NCBI GenBank assembly: GCA_037379345.1
Contig: CM074516.1
Span: 20,460,001-20,524,000 of the forward strand
Source of the DNA: Perna viridis
Taxonomy: Eukaryota
Direction: 5' to 3'
Length of the DNA stretch: 64,000 bases
Positions 12,481-25,270 of the stretch are shown piece by piece. The position numbers were made by a program, and so were the translations under genes. The notes beneath the pieces were generated by a model. It made no database searches. It was not told the origin of the DNA and was given only the letters and a program-made list of their open reading frames with translations. Every line of letters begins with the position of its first letter. Position 1 is the first letter of the stretch.

Positions 12481-13811
12481 ATCATTGATCTCAAATATTA
12501 CTCTGCTAAGAAGCGCTGTTGAAAGAAATACTGACAACAAGAGATTTTAGAATATGTCTGAGAGTTTAACATTAATTCTAATATTCAATAAATTGAATAC
12601 ATGTTCGGACACCCCTCAGAGATAATTTTTTTTTATCACAATGCATGTTCCTTTTTTAACAATAAATAAGGTATTTGATTTAGAAAAATTAAAGCCAATG
12701 AATATAATGACATCGTCTGTCTCACATCAGTAGTTGGTCATCTGGTCCTCAGTCTGGTTTTTCGTCACCATTAGATTATTACCCCTGATTTTACCTATCA
12801 GGAAAAGTAAAGTGTATTCCTTATTTTTAAATTCATTAGATGATTTTTATTATTCTCATCATATTTCAAAACATCTTAGTATCAATTCAATTCAAATTCC
12901 AAACAAACAACGTTTTCAAAGTTTAATTAAGTACATACTGGTATTCCAAAGACAATAGATGAATAAGTGATTGGTATTGAACCATGACCCGTAAGAAAGT
13001 TCATAGCATTGCTTTCATGAATAATTGAATATACAATCTAGAAATGCCTAAATACTTAAGGATGATTGATATTTCAATTAACTCTGTTATTTATGTGCAT
13101 TTCGAAGTATGGGTTGATAAAAGTCCAACAACGCTCCAATGACACCTGCATAAATGACCCTTAGTGTAAACGACCACTTGTGTAAACGACCACCTGGTAA
13201 ACGACCAATGCAATCAGCAATAACCTAACTTAAAAGACTATGATATAAATATCATTGAAAAATGAATACTATGTACAAAAATGTAAAATTAAACTATTTA
13301 AAAAACTGGTTGTCCTATATTGCTCTCCATTGCAGGTCATTTAAGACAGGTTTGAAAGTATCAAACCTTTTTGGTTTTGCGGTGGTTTCCAACTTTTCGA
13401 TCTTTACCCTGATATTGTCATTTCTTTTACAGACTTTTCTTCTGACTATTCCCCATGAACATTGCTTACATTTTCTAGTTCGATAATTTTGATATTATCC
13501 TTCATTTTAAAGACGACACCAACATTTTTCTATTATTTATTAGTATTTATTATTTTTGTCAAAACTGGAAAAAAGAAGATTCGTCTGTAATTGCTATTTT
13601 GGTCACTTAAATTGTGTATGGCGTGTGCAACACCATGGATTTTTGTTTTAGTTTATTTCAGAAAAGTACGAGTGTATTGATGTTACTACACATGTCCTTA
13701 AATAAAGGATGCAAGGATGATAACGATTGTGGAATTTTTACTAAGTAACTGCAAATTACACCCTGTCCCATAGCTTTACATATTGATTGAGAAGTTTCTG
13801 TTTTATTATAG

Positions 13812-13840
13812 GGCGATGTTCAAGTACAGATGCACCACAG
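13812..13840 (+). CDS. Coding exon 2 (29-nt microexon, GRCSSTDAPQ) of the predicted microprotein
   Basis: Acceptor ttctgttttattatag| and donor CAG|GTGAGA. The 29-nt length converts phase 1 to phase 0, exactly what is needed to join exon 1 to exon 3 without a stop. Confidence 0.65.
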
Positions 13841-13953
13841 GTGAGAGGATAAAATTGTTTCAAATGCATGTTTATCTGTATTTCTTCTTCTTTTTCAGTT
13901 TTTTATATGCTTTTTCTTGCTATTTGTTGTTGTTTTATTATTTGTTTGCTAAA

Positions 13954-13984
<31 letters not shown>

Positions 13985-15965
13985 TATTTATTTTGTTTTT
14001 ATTGATTGGTAAAATATAATATGAGTTTGCAAGCTCTTTTTAAAAGTATGGTCATCTGTTTGTTGAAGACGTTAGTTCACGTATTCAAATAATGATCATG
14101 CATTCCAAGTGTGATAATGAAAGTAAGAAATTAAACTGGGAAATTTAAAATCAATATTATTTTTCTTTGACGATTACATAATTATTTGCTGAGTGATACT
14201 ACCAGAACATTTAAAAAGTTAAAAGTAAGAAGTGTAGTCGCTATTGTATTCAGTGTATTTTTATTTGTCTTCAATAATATCGTTTTATGTTTTTTTGAAT
14301 TATGAAAAGCCAATATAATTAACAATAACTAAGGAATAATAGCACCTTTATAAAATATCGAATTCTCGAATACAAAGTCGCGTTGAAAAATGCATGAGAC
14401 GATTGCAATAAAAAATAGATTATAAAACAACACTAATGATGTGTCGCATTTAAGACTGAAAACTACAGCATATTTGTCCAGAGGTAGTACCTTAAATCAA
14501 AAGTATGACAATAGGCTATAAGGAGTGTTTTTTTTTCAGAGTCTGCTTAAGCACTTCCAAAATCTGAAATACAGATTTAAAATACCACAAAAACTAGTGC
14601 TAATGTCCTTGTTTTGTATGAAAGATCTCATTACCTAAAGTAGTTTGTTAATTTCAACAATCGTTGATTTTAACTTGAACACACAAGTAGTCAATTCCAT
14701 TTCCGATTAAGACGGCAATTCATGCTACTTCTTCAGTTACGTATTGATTATACCATCAATGTGACTTATTCTTTTGTAATTTATTTGATTGAGAGGGATT
14801 TTACAAGGTATGTTTGTGTAACGCTAAGGAAATGGCAAAAGCAACCAATGTTAGTTATCGCAATTCAGAATCTTGCACGAACAATAAAAAGCTCGAATCG
14901 ATCACAAAGTATAGTATTAACAAAACCTGTAATTGAAGACAATTTATACGAACTACACTTGTATCTATTTTCATGAAACCTTTGGCAATTATAGGCAAAA
15001 CTAAATAAGTGGAAGTCAATACGAACTCATTTATGCCAAATTATAGCCTTTGTTTAAGGATATTTTTAACCTATATATTTGTCAGTGTAGACAGGTCAAA
15101 CCTGCACTGTCAACTATGTCACAAGTCAATTTTTTTCAACTGTATATCAAGACAATCATGTTTTCATGTGTGATACTGAAACATCAAATTGTTTAAAATG
15201 AATCACAATTTATCGGCAACTTTATCGTTTTTTTTTCTATTGTTTTTACCGCCTGATACTTTCTATCGCTTTACCAAAATGTATCGGCAAATTCCAATAA
15301 CAACATTATGTCAAAGCAAGTGACGTCACCAATAAACATAATAAAGCCAGTTTTGAATGTATCTATAAAACGTCATATCTATCCCTATCGGCCTCACTGT
15401 GATATTTTCTGTCTTGACTTTCGTCTTTATTCTGTATCATGAATGAATCCAGTAAAATTGGTAAAATGTGTTCGACACTGTATTCTGTACAAGTAGCCAA
15501 GGTCCTAGAACTTGTAACTGGTCCTATTTATTTTTGTCATAGTTGATTTTCATTTCATGTTTTTCTTTTTTTCTTTCATTTTTCTTTTTTTTTTGGGGGG
15601 GGGTGTTTGGTTTTGTTTGTTTCTTTGTATAAGCCTTATGAAAATTAGGTTTTTACAGACTGTACCTAAAGACGATGCATTTCTTTCATTAATGTTTATT
15701 TGGTGCAATAATTCGCCTTAAAGTATTTTTGTTTAACTTGTTACTAGTCGTTATATTTTTCTTGTTACATTACCATTTTACAGTTAGGTTATTGTGGTCA
15801 ATGAATTTACAATTTTTGTTCAAATTTTCCCTAACACCCTATACCTGTTTGGATTAATAAGTTTTCATTCAGGCTTCATTCCTATCGGACATAAATGATA
15901 AATTGGAAACTGACTGCTTTGTTTCGTCATGTTTCGAATCAGTGTTCATTTGTAAATAACGTTCT

Positions 15966-16133
15966 CCATGAACTCGTGGATCGTTATGGTCATTTACTTT
16001 TGTTACTTTGTATGTATGATTTTAGTTACTTTATGTTCTTTGTTGTGTATGTCTGTTTTTCATGTCTGGTCTTTGTCCCTGGATTACATTCTTTTAATTA
16101 CCGCTATAACCTTGGTTCACTTGAGTACTCTCT
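15966..16133 (+). mobile_element. Naiad-type PLE fragment with a deletion joining the ORF end to the tail
   Basis: catgaactcgtggatcgttatggt (HELVDRYG) is fused directly to catttacttttgttactttg. Confidence 0.88.
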
Positions 16134-17105
16134 CATCCTAAAACGCATGAAATATTTGTCAAAAGACACTTAATAAGAAATTATATGGCTTTTAAAGGAG
16201 AATGATCTCAAAGGCTAAATCACAAAAGTAACGTCCTTGAAGCAATCGACAAAGTATTGATGCCTCTAACATAGGGCATTTAAAAGTACCCTAGCAAATA
16301 ATTTAACCCACCAGAAGCATAACAAATATATTGCTATACTCAAATATACACCTTGGGATTAGTTTATGGATTATCATATATATATATCGCTGACTCATAA
16401 AATGTTCTTAATCAAAACATCCTCAATTATTTATGAAAATTCGGACTTTTTAATAAATCTCTAATTGATTATGTGCCATGAACGGTTCAGTAGAAATCCT
16501 TAGAAGCGATCAGATGGCACATATTTTTACAAATGAATGAGCAAAGGCAGTAATGTGAACTGTGTTGCCGATTTCTGTATAATAACAGGCCATTCATAAT
16601 TAACAATTGTTAGGTAACTAAGGTAAATAGACATTGTTAATCCACAAAATTTAGAATCGGCTTCAACTGAAAATTGCGTTTCTTTCATTTAAATATAATT
16701 AATCAGTTTATGTAATTACAAAAATATTACTCATATTGATATTGTCAATTTCGGTATGCTGCACACGTGTATCGAGGAATACACTATCATCAGCTGGATT
16801 AGATTCAAACAAAATTAGATTTAGATCTTTAGGAAGATCTAAATTCAAAAATAAATCGTACACAAGCAGTACTAAAAACAAAAACAATTGGAAGCCACGA
16901 TACAGCACCTTGACGTTTTACCAATTGCAAAACAAGATTTTATAATAATGCGTTAAAATCTGTGTAATCTATTTCATATCCCATCTGAAAACGAATCAAA
17001 GCACCTAACAACGTCAAGAATAGATGTATATTTACAAAACTGAAATATAAGTCATCAAGTAATTAACACTTCATAAACGTTATTTGATCTAGATCTATCT
17101 TTTAA

Positions 17106-17502
17106 GTAGCAATCCAGCTAAGAATCATGCAAAAATGTGATTCATGGTTGGAAAGCCTACATCTTTTTATTTTTTACATTTTGTTTGAAATATTATGGTA
17201 AACAGAAACTAACATGTGGCTTTTCATCTAACCTTTGTTCACAGGAGACAAAAATTATATAGAATATACTACCGAATTCAAAATTAAGGGAGATAACTCT
17301 GTAAATGACACAAAGATACAATAGAAACTGTTGGATTTTTTTGTGTAGATTATCTACTAAGAGCAGACAGATAGGAATGAATAACAATACATTTCATTAT
17401 ATAGACTTTTAAAACAACTTAATACCAAAAATAAAAATATGTAGGCTTTTTTAGGTGTACTACATTTTACAGAATTTGCCTGATTCTTACAAAGACTGCT
17501 AC
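17106..17502. mobile_element. TTAA-flanked MITE (AAGAATCAGGC TIR group)
   Basis: ttaa|gtagcaatccagctaagaatcatgcaaa ... tttgcctgattcttacaaagactgctac|ttaa. Confidence 0.7.
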
Positions 17503-18685
17503 TTAAGCTTTTCATCAATGGTGCCACAGAAATGAAATACACGGTCGAGATCTAACCCCTTGAACAGAGTGCTAGCGCATTTCAACTTATTCTGCTTTAA
17601 AAGTGGTCTATATTTTTCGTTCATTCCGTATTAAACCCGCCTTTGTCATTCCCAGATTCCCCCATATCGCTATTCCTTTTAATATCCCTATCGCATAATC
17701 AATTATTGGTTTATTCCATAATCAATTAAAACTAATATTTTGAATAATTTAACATGCAAACTTTTCTTTAAATTAAATCAAATATGATTTTGAAATAGAT
17801 GAAAACCTGTAACTCCATTCTCCCGTTCAAAATCCCAATATCTATATACAAAATCTCCATCCCCGTCCCCCCAATGTTCGATTACCTATTTAATATCGAA
17901 TAGATAGGATTAATCAAGTAAAGTTCCGTATTGAAGAATTCGTAGAATCCGTCTTCTATTTGTTTATTTAGCTATCCAAGTACTATCCAAATTACTAACT
18001 CACTTTTGTTTGTTGGCTTGTATTTTCGGGGGGGGGTGTTGTGTGTTTGTATTTGTTTGGTTTTCTTTTTGTTCTTTCTTCATTTTTTTTTGTTTTGGCT
18101 TTTTGGTTTTCTTATTGTTTTGTTTTGGGTTTTTTTTATACTGGTTGGTTTTTGTTTTGTTCTTTATAATATATAATAAAATAAACGAAGTTCCAAAGCA
18201 AAAAAAGCAGATCAGATTCACGGGCCATCTACCAACTTGAAATGTTTAAGAAAGCATATTTAGAAACAAAATATAAAATCAACATTATTACGAAGTAATC
18301 TGCAAGCAAATAGGTCATAAATGCCGATCACATACTTATTGTTAAATCTAATGTCAATAATAATCTTGTTGCTGTTTGTAAAGACCACAACTGTAAAACG
18401 TCGTTATGTCAGTTTAAGTGTGATCGTATTTGCCTTTATTCTCGAAATACTGTCAATCACCGAATAAGGCAAAGATAGTCCTTTAATATACAAATGATTC
18501 CGAAATAAACAAAACTGAAAGAGCTAGAAAATTTAGAAAATCTGTAGTAAATCAATAGTCGATTAGGGTTTCACTACATGAAAAAGAAAATATTAGAAAT
18601 CATCTTGTAGTAAATGTGACGTTCTGTGTTGTTAGAGTCTTAATCCTTAAACATCATTGCTTAAATGTATGACAACAGATCACTT

Positions 18686-20101
18686 AAGAGTGATCAAGAG
18701 AACCAAGGTTTTAGCGGTAATCAAAATAATGTAATCCAGGGACAAAGACCAGACATGGAAAACAGACATACACAACAAAGAACATAAAGTAACTAAAATC
18801 ATACATACAAAGTAACAAAAGCAAATGAGCAACTGACTCCACTAAAAACTGGGAGCATGGACCAGGTGCACCGGTAGGGTAAGCGTCCTCTGCTTTTCTA
18901 GAAACACCCGCCGAGTTGCTCATAAAAAGTCAAGTCCGGGAAGGCAAACGAGGATAGGAAAACTATAACCAGTTGAAAAAATCAGTTTTCATGGTGCAGA
19001 TGGATACACTATAACGATCCACGAGTTCATGATGACGACCATAAAACTTCTGTAGTGATGACTTCAATCTTGTAGCAACATAACCCTGTTCCAGAAGCCT
19101 ATTTGTTAGAGTTCTAGCGCGATACAAAAATTCTGCGTAGTTTCGGCAAGTTCTGGCATAACGTATGAGTTGTGATATGAACACTCCATACGCAGGTGCC
19201 GAAGGGATGTTGCCACAGATGAAAGGAAAGTTGACAATTCTGAATGAAAAGTCATCACGTTTGTCGTAAAATTTTGTCAATAGTTTTCCTCTACCATCGA
19301 TTTCTAAGTGTAGGTCAAGATATGAGGCTGACTTCACATTGTCTGTAGTATCCTTTATCTCAGGTTCTTTTGGGTAGATGCGATGTATCAAATCCCCGAA
19401 ATTAGGATTGTTTAAAGATAATATGTCATCTATATAGTGGAAACTGAGATTGAAGGATCTAGCCAAACGATATTCTTTCTTTCTGATCTCATCAGCTATA
19501 AAGTCAGCCTCATAAGAGTGAAGGAATAGGTCAGCAAGTAAAGGAGCACAATTTGTTCCCATTGGAATGCCGACTGTTTGTTGAAAAACACGTCCACCAC
19601 ACTGGACAAATATGTTGTCGATTAAAAATTCCAGCATTTTGTAAACATCTTCCTCTGTATGTTTGGAAGATGATTTGGAATTATTTGTTACAAAGTATGA
19701 GGAATCTCTACCAAGAACTATATATATGTATCTAGGTGTACCATCTGTTTTGGAAAACAACGAAGTATAATGTTTGTAAGTCTGGAGTTTAACTGAGTAT
19801 GGGGAATAGAAGTATACAGTGTTGAAAAATCATAGGTTTTAATGTTATTATGTTCGGATAATAGTCTTGAACTGATTGTCTCCAAAAGATCTTTCGAATT
19901 TTTCAGGATCCACATTGAATTAATACCACTACGGGAATAACAAGTGTTGTGGTAGGACTGCCGACCCTCTTTGACAGTTGTGAATATAGAAGTTAAAAGT
20001 TTTGAAAGAGGTTTGGTGGTACATTTTGCAGATCCAGCTATGACACGTTGTTTGTATGGATTCTTGTGGAGTTTAGGAATCCAGTACATAGACGGTAAAT
20101 C
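18686..20101 (-). mobile_element. Penelope-like retroelement (Naiad type), 5'-truncated: frameshifted RT plus complete 3' UTR
   Basis: ORFs 19718-20116 and 18963-19760 together give PLE RT motifs YWIPKLHKNP, TYDFSTLYT, QQTVGIPMGTNCAPLLADLFL, YIDD, YLDL and YDKRDDF. The ORF stops after the thumb region with no C-terminal GIY-YIG. Confidence 0.9.
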
Positions 20102-20250
20102 ATTTAAACAATGCAATTATAATATACTTAAATTAACCTTTTTAGTAAATATTGTATCTGATGATCATATACAAAAAACTAGTGACTCAAACGGCTGCAT
20201 ATTCATTGCGTAATATTTTAATCGAAACACTTCTTCGACGTAAGTGTTAA

Positions 20251-20551
20251 TAGTCAGTTTCTGTAAGAACCAGGCAGAGGATTAAACATGGTATGAACCA
20301 ATCTGACAGTGTACTTTTACTATACGCACCATCGTTTTAGTAAATTGAATTATTGCATTACAGGGGCCCATAACTCTGTCAAAAATCTAAATTTCCTAAC
20401 TTTTTATTGAAAAATTGCTGAAAAAATAGGGTGAGATATATCCATTCTTCAAATGGAGGTCATCCTTGAGTAAAGTTATATTGTCAGATCGGTGGGCCGT
20501 GACATGCATGTTCTTTTTCCCACTTTGCCTGATTCTTACAAAAACTTACAC
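20251..20551. mobile_element. TTAA-flanked MITE (AAGAATCAGGC TIR group)
   Basis: ttaa|tagtcagtttctgtaagaaccaggca ... tgcctgattcttacaaaaacttacac|ttaa; interior homologous to 51177-51560. Confidence 0.78.
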
Positions 20552-21220
20552 TTAAGTTTTAGGTAATACCTCCTGAATCATGTACGCTGTGTTATGGTTT
20601 TATCGAAAAACCACATCAGGGAGCTTCTTGTAAAACTTTAGTGACTTCCTCGTACAATTTTTCGAAAGATGCATCATACAATTCAGTGCTCTTTTATGAA
20701 GGTAAAAAACAAGAAATAATTATTAGCTTTTCGTGTTAACTCGTCATTGTAATTCACCGAACATTGAAAGGCGATTCAATAATGACTAAGAAATTCCTGT
20801 TGATAAACAAGCCACATCCAGCTCACGCTAGAAAGCACTAATCTCATAATTAACATGTTTTCAATAACGGAAGTTAAATTGATCTAGTCAGGTGATATGA
20901 GTATAAATTTTAGCACCTCTAATTTCCTATTTATGATATGTTCATAGAGTCATGACAGATATCCTGTTCGGAAGCAAAGTAGTAGTAATAGTGCTCTTTG
21001 GGGGCTGAAAGTTAATAGTATAGCACCAAGTATAGGAAAAATAAACTATTAATATCTGTATTTTTTAAATAAAACAAACACCAAATAGACCATAGTATAA
21101 ATTTTAAAACGAACATAAGTTTATTTCATATGTAAAGTTATGTCTTTGATAACATTACTTTAATACAAGTATAAACATGCAATTTAACAATTATACGAGG
21201 TAAAACAGATTTGTTTTAAC

Positions 21221-21470
21221 TTAGTAGGGACGGAGCGTCAGCGACGTCCTACATACATACATACATACATGCATATCCTTCTGTCGGAAATGACGTATTT
21301 CGGAAGTGACGTATGCAGTTAGGATCAAAATTGTGCAAACTTTTAACGTAGGCGCACACCACGTGTTTTAGGAAGTATAGCATATTCCAATACATCAGCG
21401 ATATCACAACAAATCAGTACATTATTTCAGTACAAAAAGCTCCGTCCTTCATAGGCAAAGCCTAAAGTCA
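21221..21470 (+). mobile_element. Helentron-associated (HINE/DINE-like) non-autonomous element
   Basis: Subterminal inverted repeat ggacggagc (21228) / gctccgtcc (21439), 5' internal inverted repeat gtagg..cgtcctac, (TACA)n microsatellite, 3' hairpin taggcaaagccta. Confidence 0.65.
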
Positions 21471-21825
21471 TAAAAAATCATAATAGGTTACTATCACACA
21501 AAAACATGTTGTATTAATTAACACCATAATATTGAATACAGGAAACTTCTCGACTTCAGCTTGCAGCATTTTGATAATAGTACAGTAGGGTAAATTTAAA
21601 TGCAAATGAAAGACGTCATTTACAAAAAAATTGAACCAAAATCTTGAATATTAGGCTTTGCTTTACACCATAAGGGTTATTGTAGGTATATTGGGGAATT
21701 TTCCCAGAATATCATTTCACAATGTATGAGCAGAACTTATTGTGTAAAAAATAAAAATGTTGTGGAATAGTCTTTTAAGAATAAATAAGCCTAGCATGAT
21801 AATTATTCAAATATTAATTGCAAAC

Positions 21826-23031
21826 ATGTGGTCCTCCCGGTCACGTTGCTACGGGAGATTTTACTATCATCAAAAATAAATCTCTTCATAGGTCATTCCT
21901 AAAGGTCCCAAGTACCGTGAACCACGCCCCATAAATTGGAACTATAACTTTAAAGTTCCTATGGATGCCATGGAGGACTACGCAAAAATGAATAGAACAA
22001 GAAAATATTGATTCTCTGTCAGAGTGCGTAAAACCTGTGAGGTATTCAGTTTTGAAACGTATGAAAGTTTTAAGTAGGGCAATGAGTTTCAATACTACAT
22101 CAGTTTTCAGAGTCCCCGATGTAGAAAAAACACTGTCTTTTGTACATGCCAAATATGTTACCGTTCCAGTAGACAAAGCCAAAGTCTGCAAAACGCATCA
22201 CATCCAATGTTTATTATCAGAGGTAGACGCAGAACAAAATAGCAGTAATAAGACATATACTGCTATCACACTCTCTAAAGAAGTGATAGTGGGAAAACAC
22301 CAATCTATGCTATCTTCTTTGGTTTCTTTATGATTGTGATCTACCGTCTATGTTCCGGATTCCTAAACTCCACAAGAATCCATACAAACAACTTCACTCT
22401 TATGAGGTTGATTTTAAAGCTGATCTGATCCAAAAGAAGGAACATCGTTAAGCTAAATCCTTTAATCTCAGTTTGACCAAACTACACGACAAACGCGATA
22501 ATTTTTCATTCCGTATTGTCAACTTTCCTTTTATCTGTGGAAACATCCCTTCAGCACCTATATGCGAAGTTTTCATATCACAACTCATACGTTATGCCAG
22601 AGTTTGCTGTAAATACGCAGACTTTTTGTATCGGGCTAGATTTCTGATAATAAAGCTTCTGGGACAGGTTTATGTTGCTTCAAGACTGTAGTCATCACTG
22701 CAGAAGTTTTATGATCGTCATAGTGAACTCGTGGATTGTAACGGTGTATATATTTGCACCATGAAAACAGATTTGTTATAGTTTTTTTTTCTCTTTCGTC
22801 TACTCTAGACTTGACTTTTTGTGAGCAACTCGGCGGATGTTTCTAGAAAAGCTGAGGACGATTACCCAACCGGTGCACCTGGTCCATGCTCCCAGTCTTT
22901 TGTAGAGTCCGGTTGCCATTTTACGTGAGTTGCTGTGTATGTATTATTTTGGTCATTTTCTGTACTTTTTTGTGTGTGTCTGTTTCCATATCTGGTCTTT
23001 GTCTCTGAATTACATTTTCTTGATTTTCTTG
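21826..23031 (+). mobile_element. Decayed Naiad-type PLE copy with internal deletions
   Basis: Translatable remnants GHVATGDF, KGPKYREP, YVTVPVDKA, IPKLHKNP and HDKRDNFSFRIVNFPF, followed by the family 3' UTR. Many stops and frameshifts. Confidence 0.85.
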
Positions 23032-24458
23032 AACCATAAGCCGAAGAAGGATTTTCGGGGACGAACCGCTGATAATTAAGTACCCACATCAGCAAGATTT
23101 CTAAAACTTGAGTCAGATGTTTGACTAAAAAGGGAATTTCTGGGGAATTGTTCACTTCAAATTAAAACAGGTCCTTTGGCTTTAATGGACATTGTAGGTA
23201 GTCAGTATTGAGTTCAGATACACTATTCACAACATAATACAAACGTTTCTAATTGTCATGCGAGCTTAGTGATATGGTGACAAGCGACGACGATTATTAC
23301 AGTAATATGTTCCTTTTATTTCATCTATGAATGTTTGTTTATGCATTTGTAGCTTGTAATTCATTAATGTTAATCAAGCTCGGTAGTTTTGACATCTAAC
23401 GTAAAACAGAAGTTTTTTAATGCTAACTATCAGTGTCAGCTCGTCACCTTCAGGAACATATAGAAATGTTCCTTAATTAAATTCACAATGGTTTAACCTT
23501 TTTATCTTTCTCTTCGTAATACCAATGAAACTCGCAGATATCCATCCATGATATCTACATATAATATTAACTGTTGTTCAAGGACATTTGGTCTGGGTAT
23601 TTGGCATTGTCTTATTCAGAGAGTTACTAATACCAAGAACCGATCATGCTTTGTTATTGCCTCATGCGATGACTATTCACTATTAAAGGAAATACCTGAA
23701 AGAGATGACGCCTAGCATTTAATACTTTGTTGTCGATCAAGATTGTGATTTACCTTATTTTGATTACTACAACATTCATATAAAGAGTTTAACTTGAAAA
23801 TTTTCAATAGTTTTTTTTTTCAATTCTTTTCTTCACCTGCTAGCAACTTACCTCTAGTTCAACCTTGATTGATTATCGTTCTTTATCTGATATCTTTCCC
23901 GCGGAAGAGATTTATGCAAACGAAGAAAATGAACGATTAACTTATTCGTCTAATACTATTCTTGTATAAAGCTTGTTAAAATGGAAGGGAAATCATACTG
24001 CCTTATTTTGATAAATTTTGCATTGTTAAGACATTTGCTAACATTTGCCCCAAGCAGCATTTGGCCAAACAAATAAAAGTCTTGTTTCCTAGCCCAAGCA
24101 AGTAAAATACGGGTAGGTAGGTAGAGAAATTATTATATTTTTTTTCAAAAACGTGTTTACATTGACTTAATGTGGAAACATTCGTGACATTAACTGTGGC
24201 TAATCAAAATGGTTATAAAATGTTTAGGGTATGCACACAAGATAGGGTAGGTAGGATAGCACGAAATAGACATACTTTTTTGCCATTGTGATTCTTGAAA
24301 ATACAAGCATTTAAAGGAGTTATATTGTTATGGTATGTGAGTACTAGTATTATAATTTGGATGATATCGCCGTTAAAAATTCATTTCGCCAACATGGGAA
24401 TAAATTGTAGACGTTGACGTGACGGTAAATATTGATACACAATACTTATTTATTGCAG

Positions 24459-24584
24459 GAAGAAGAGGATTTTGTGAAGTCTGAAAAATTCGTTGGATTG
24501 ATGATAGGCCTGGGATCCTTTGCAGGATTGTTAGTCTTATGCTGCATCTTTTGGAAATGCTGCTGTGGAGGCAAACCAGAATAA
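24459..24584 (+). CDS. Coding exon 3 (transmembrane helix and Cys-rich tail) of the predicted microprotein
   Basis: Acceptor cttatttattgcag|. Phase 0 reads EEEDFVKSEKFVGLMIGLGSFAGLLVLCCIFWKCCCGGKPE*, with a ~22-aa hydrophobic helix. AATAAA occurs at 24610, 25147 and 25164. Confidence 0.75.
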   Translation, partial: EEEDFVKSEKFVGLMIGLGSFAGLLVLCCIFWKCCCGGKPE

Positions 24585-25270
24585 TACGAATGATATCAAA
24601 TAGAACATAAATAAAACTCCAGTATTCAGTGCATCTTTGTGAAATGTGACATAATATTGCACGGCTTCCTAACCTATTTCATTTAACCCTTCGTTGTTAC
24701 TGTCTACTGTCAATATTTTTATCTCTAGTTTTTCATCGATTCAACTATCATCTATGATGTCTGCTAGTTTTAGATGAAGTTTAACTTGAATACAATTTAG
24801 AAAGCCTTAACTTGTATGTGTCGCTTACGTGTTGAACGATATTTAATGCAAGAGAGGGTAAATGTTTGGATTCTTTTTGAATGGAAGAGATGGCTTATTT
24901 GTCTTCAATTTTGTTGCGTATCTTGACATTTCATTTAGTTTCAGACACTGAATGTTTAAGCTTTGTGGCTTTGTACATACTTGTAAAACCATTGAATTTT
25001 CCGTCCACAAACATGTTTTCTTTCCTCCTTGATGATGTCCTATAATATAGATTGTTTAATTCACTTTTTTCTTGTGTTTGATTTTTTTCAACCTTGACCA
25101 GATAGGCAAGCACTATACGCGGCAATATTTATATTTGTGAAATGAAAATAAATACTCAAAACCAATAAACAAATTGAAATGAAAAAAAAACATTCACAGC
25201 AAATATCAAATAAAAAAGCTCAAAACCACAGTAATCAGAGTAACAACTTACAGAAGAATGAACAAACTAA

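Noticed and set aside
13662-13744. Extra candidate exon (GCKDDNDCGIFT frame) just upstream of the microexon
   Set aside because: From the 13662 acceptor it has a stop in the phase set by exon 1. The alternative Cys-rich frame ends out of phase with the terminal TM exon, and the donor (TAA|GTAACT) is weak.
16730-16800. Minus-strand CTGATGA...CGAAA hammerhead-like core
   Set aside because: Stem II does not close next to the core and stem I cannot form.
18000-18240. Phe-rich and Lys-rich ORFs on both strands (also 13783, 35582, 42606)
   Set aside because: Products of T-rich low-complexity sequence or microsatellites.
18686-18990. SECIS element in the PLE 3' UTR
   Set aside because: No AUGA-N11/12-AA...GA arrangement found by eye; the RT cysteines checked are encoded by TGT/TGC.
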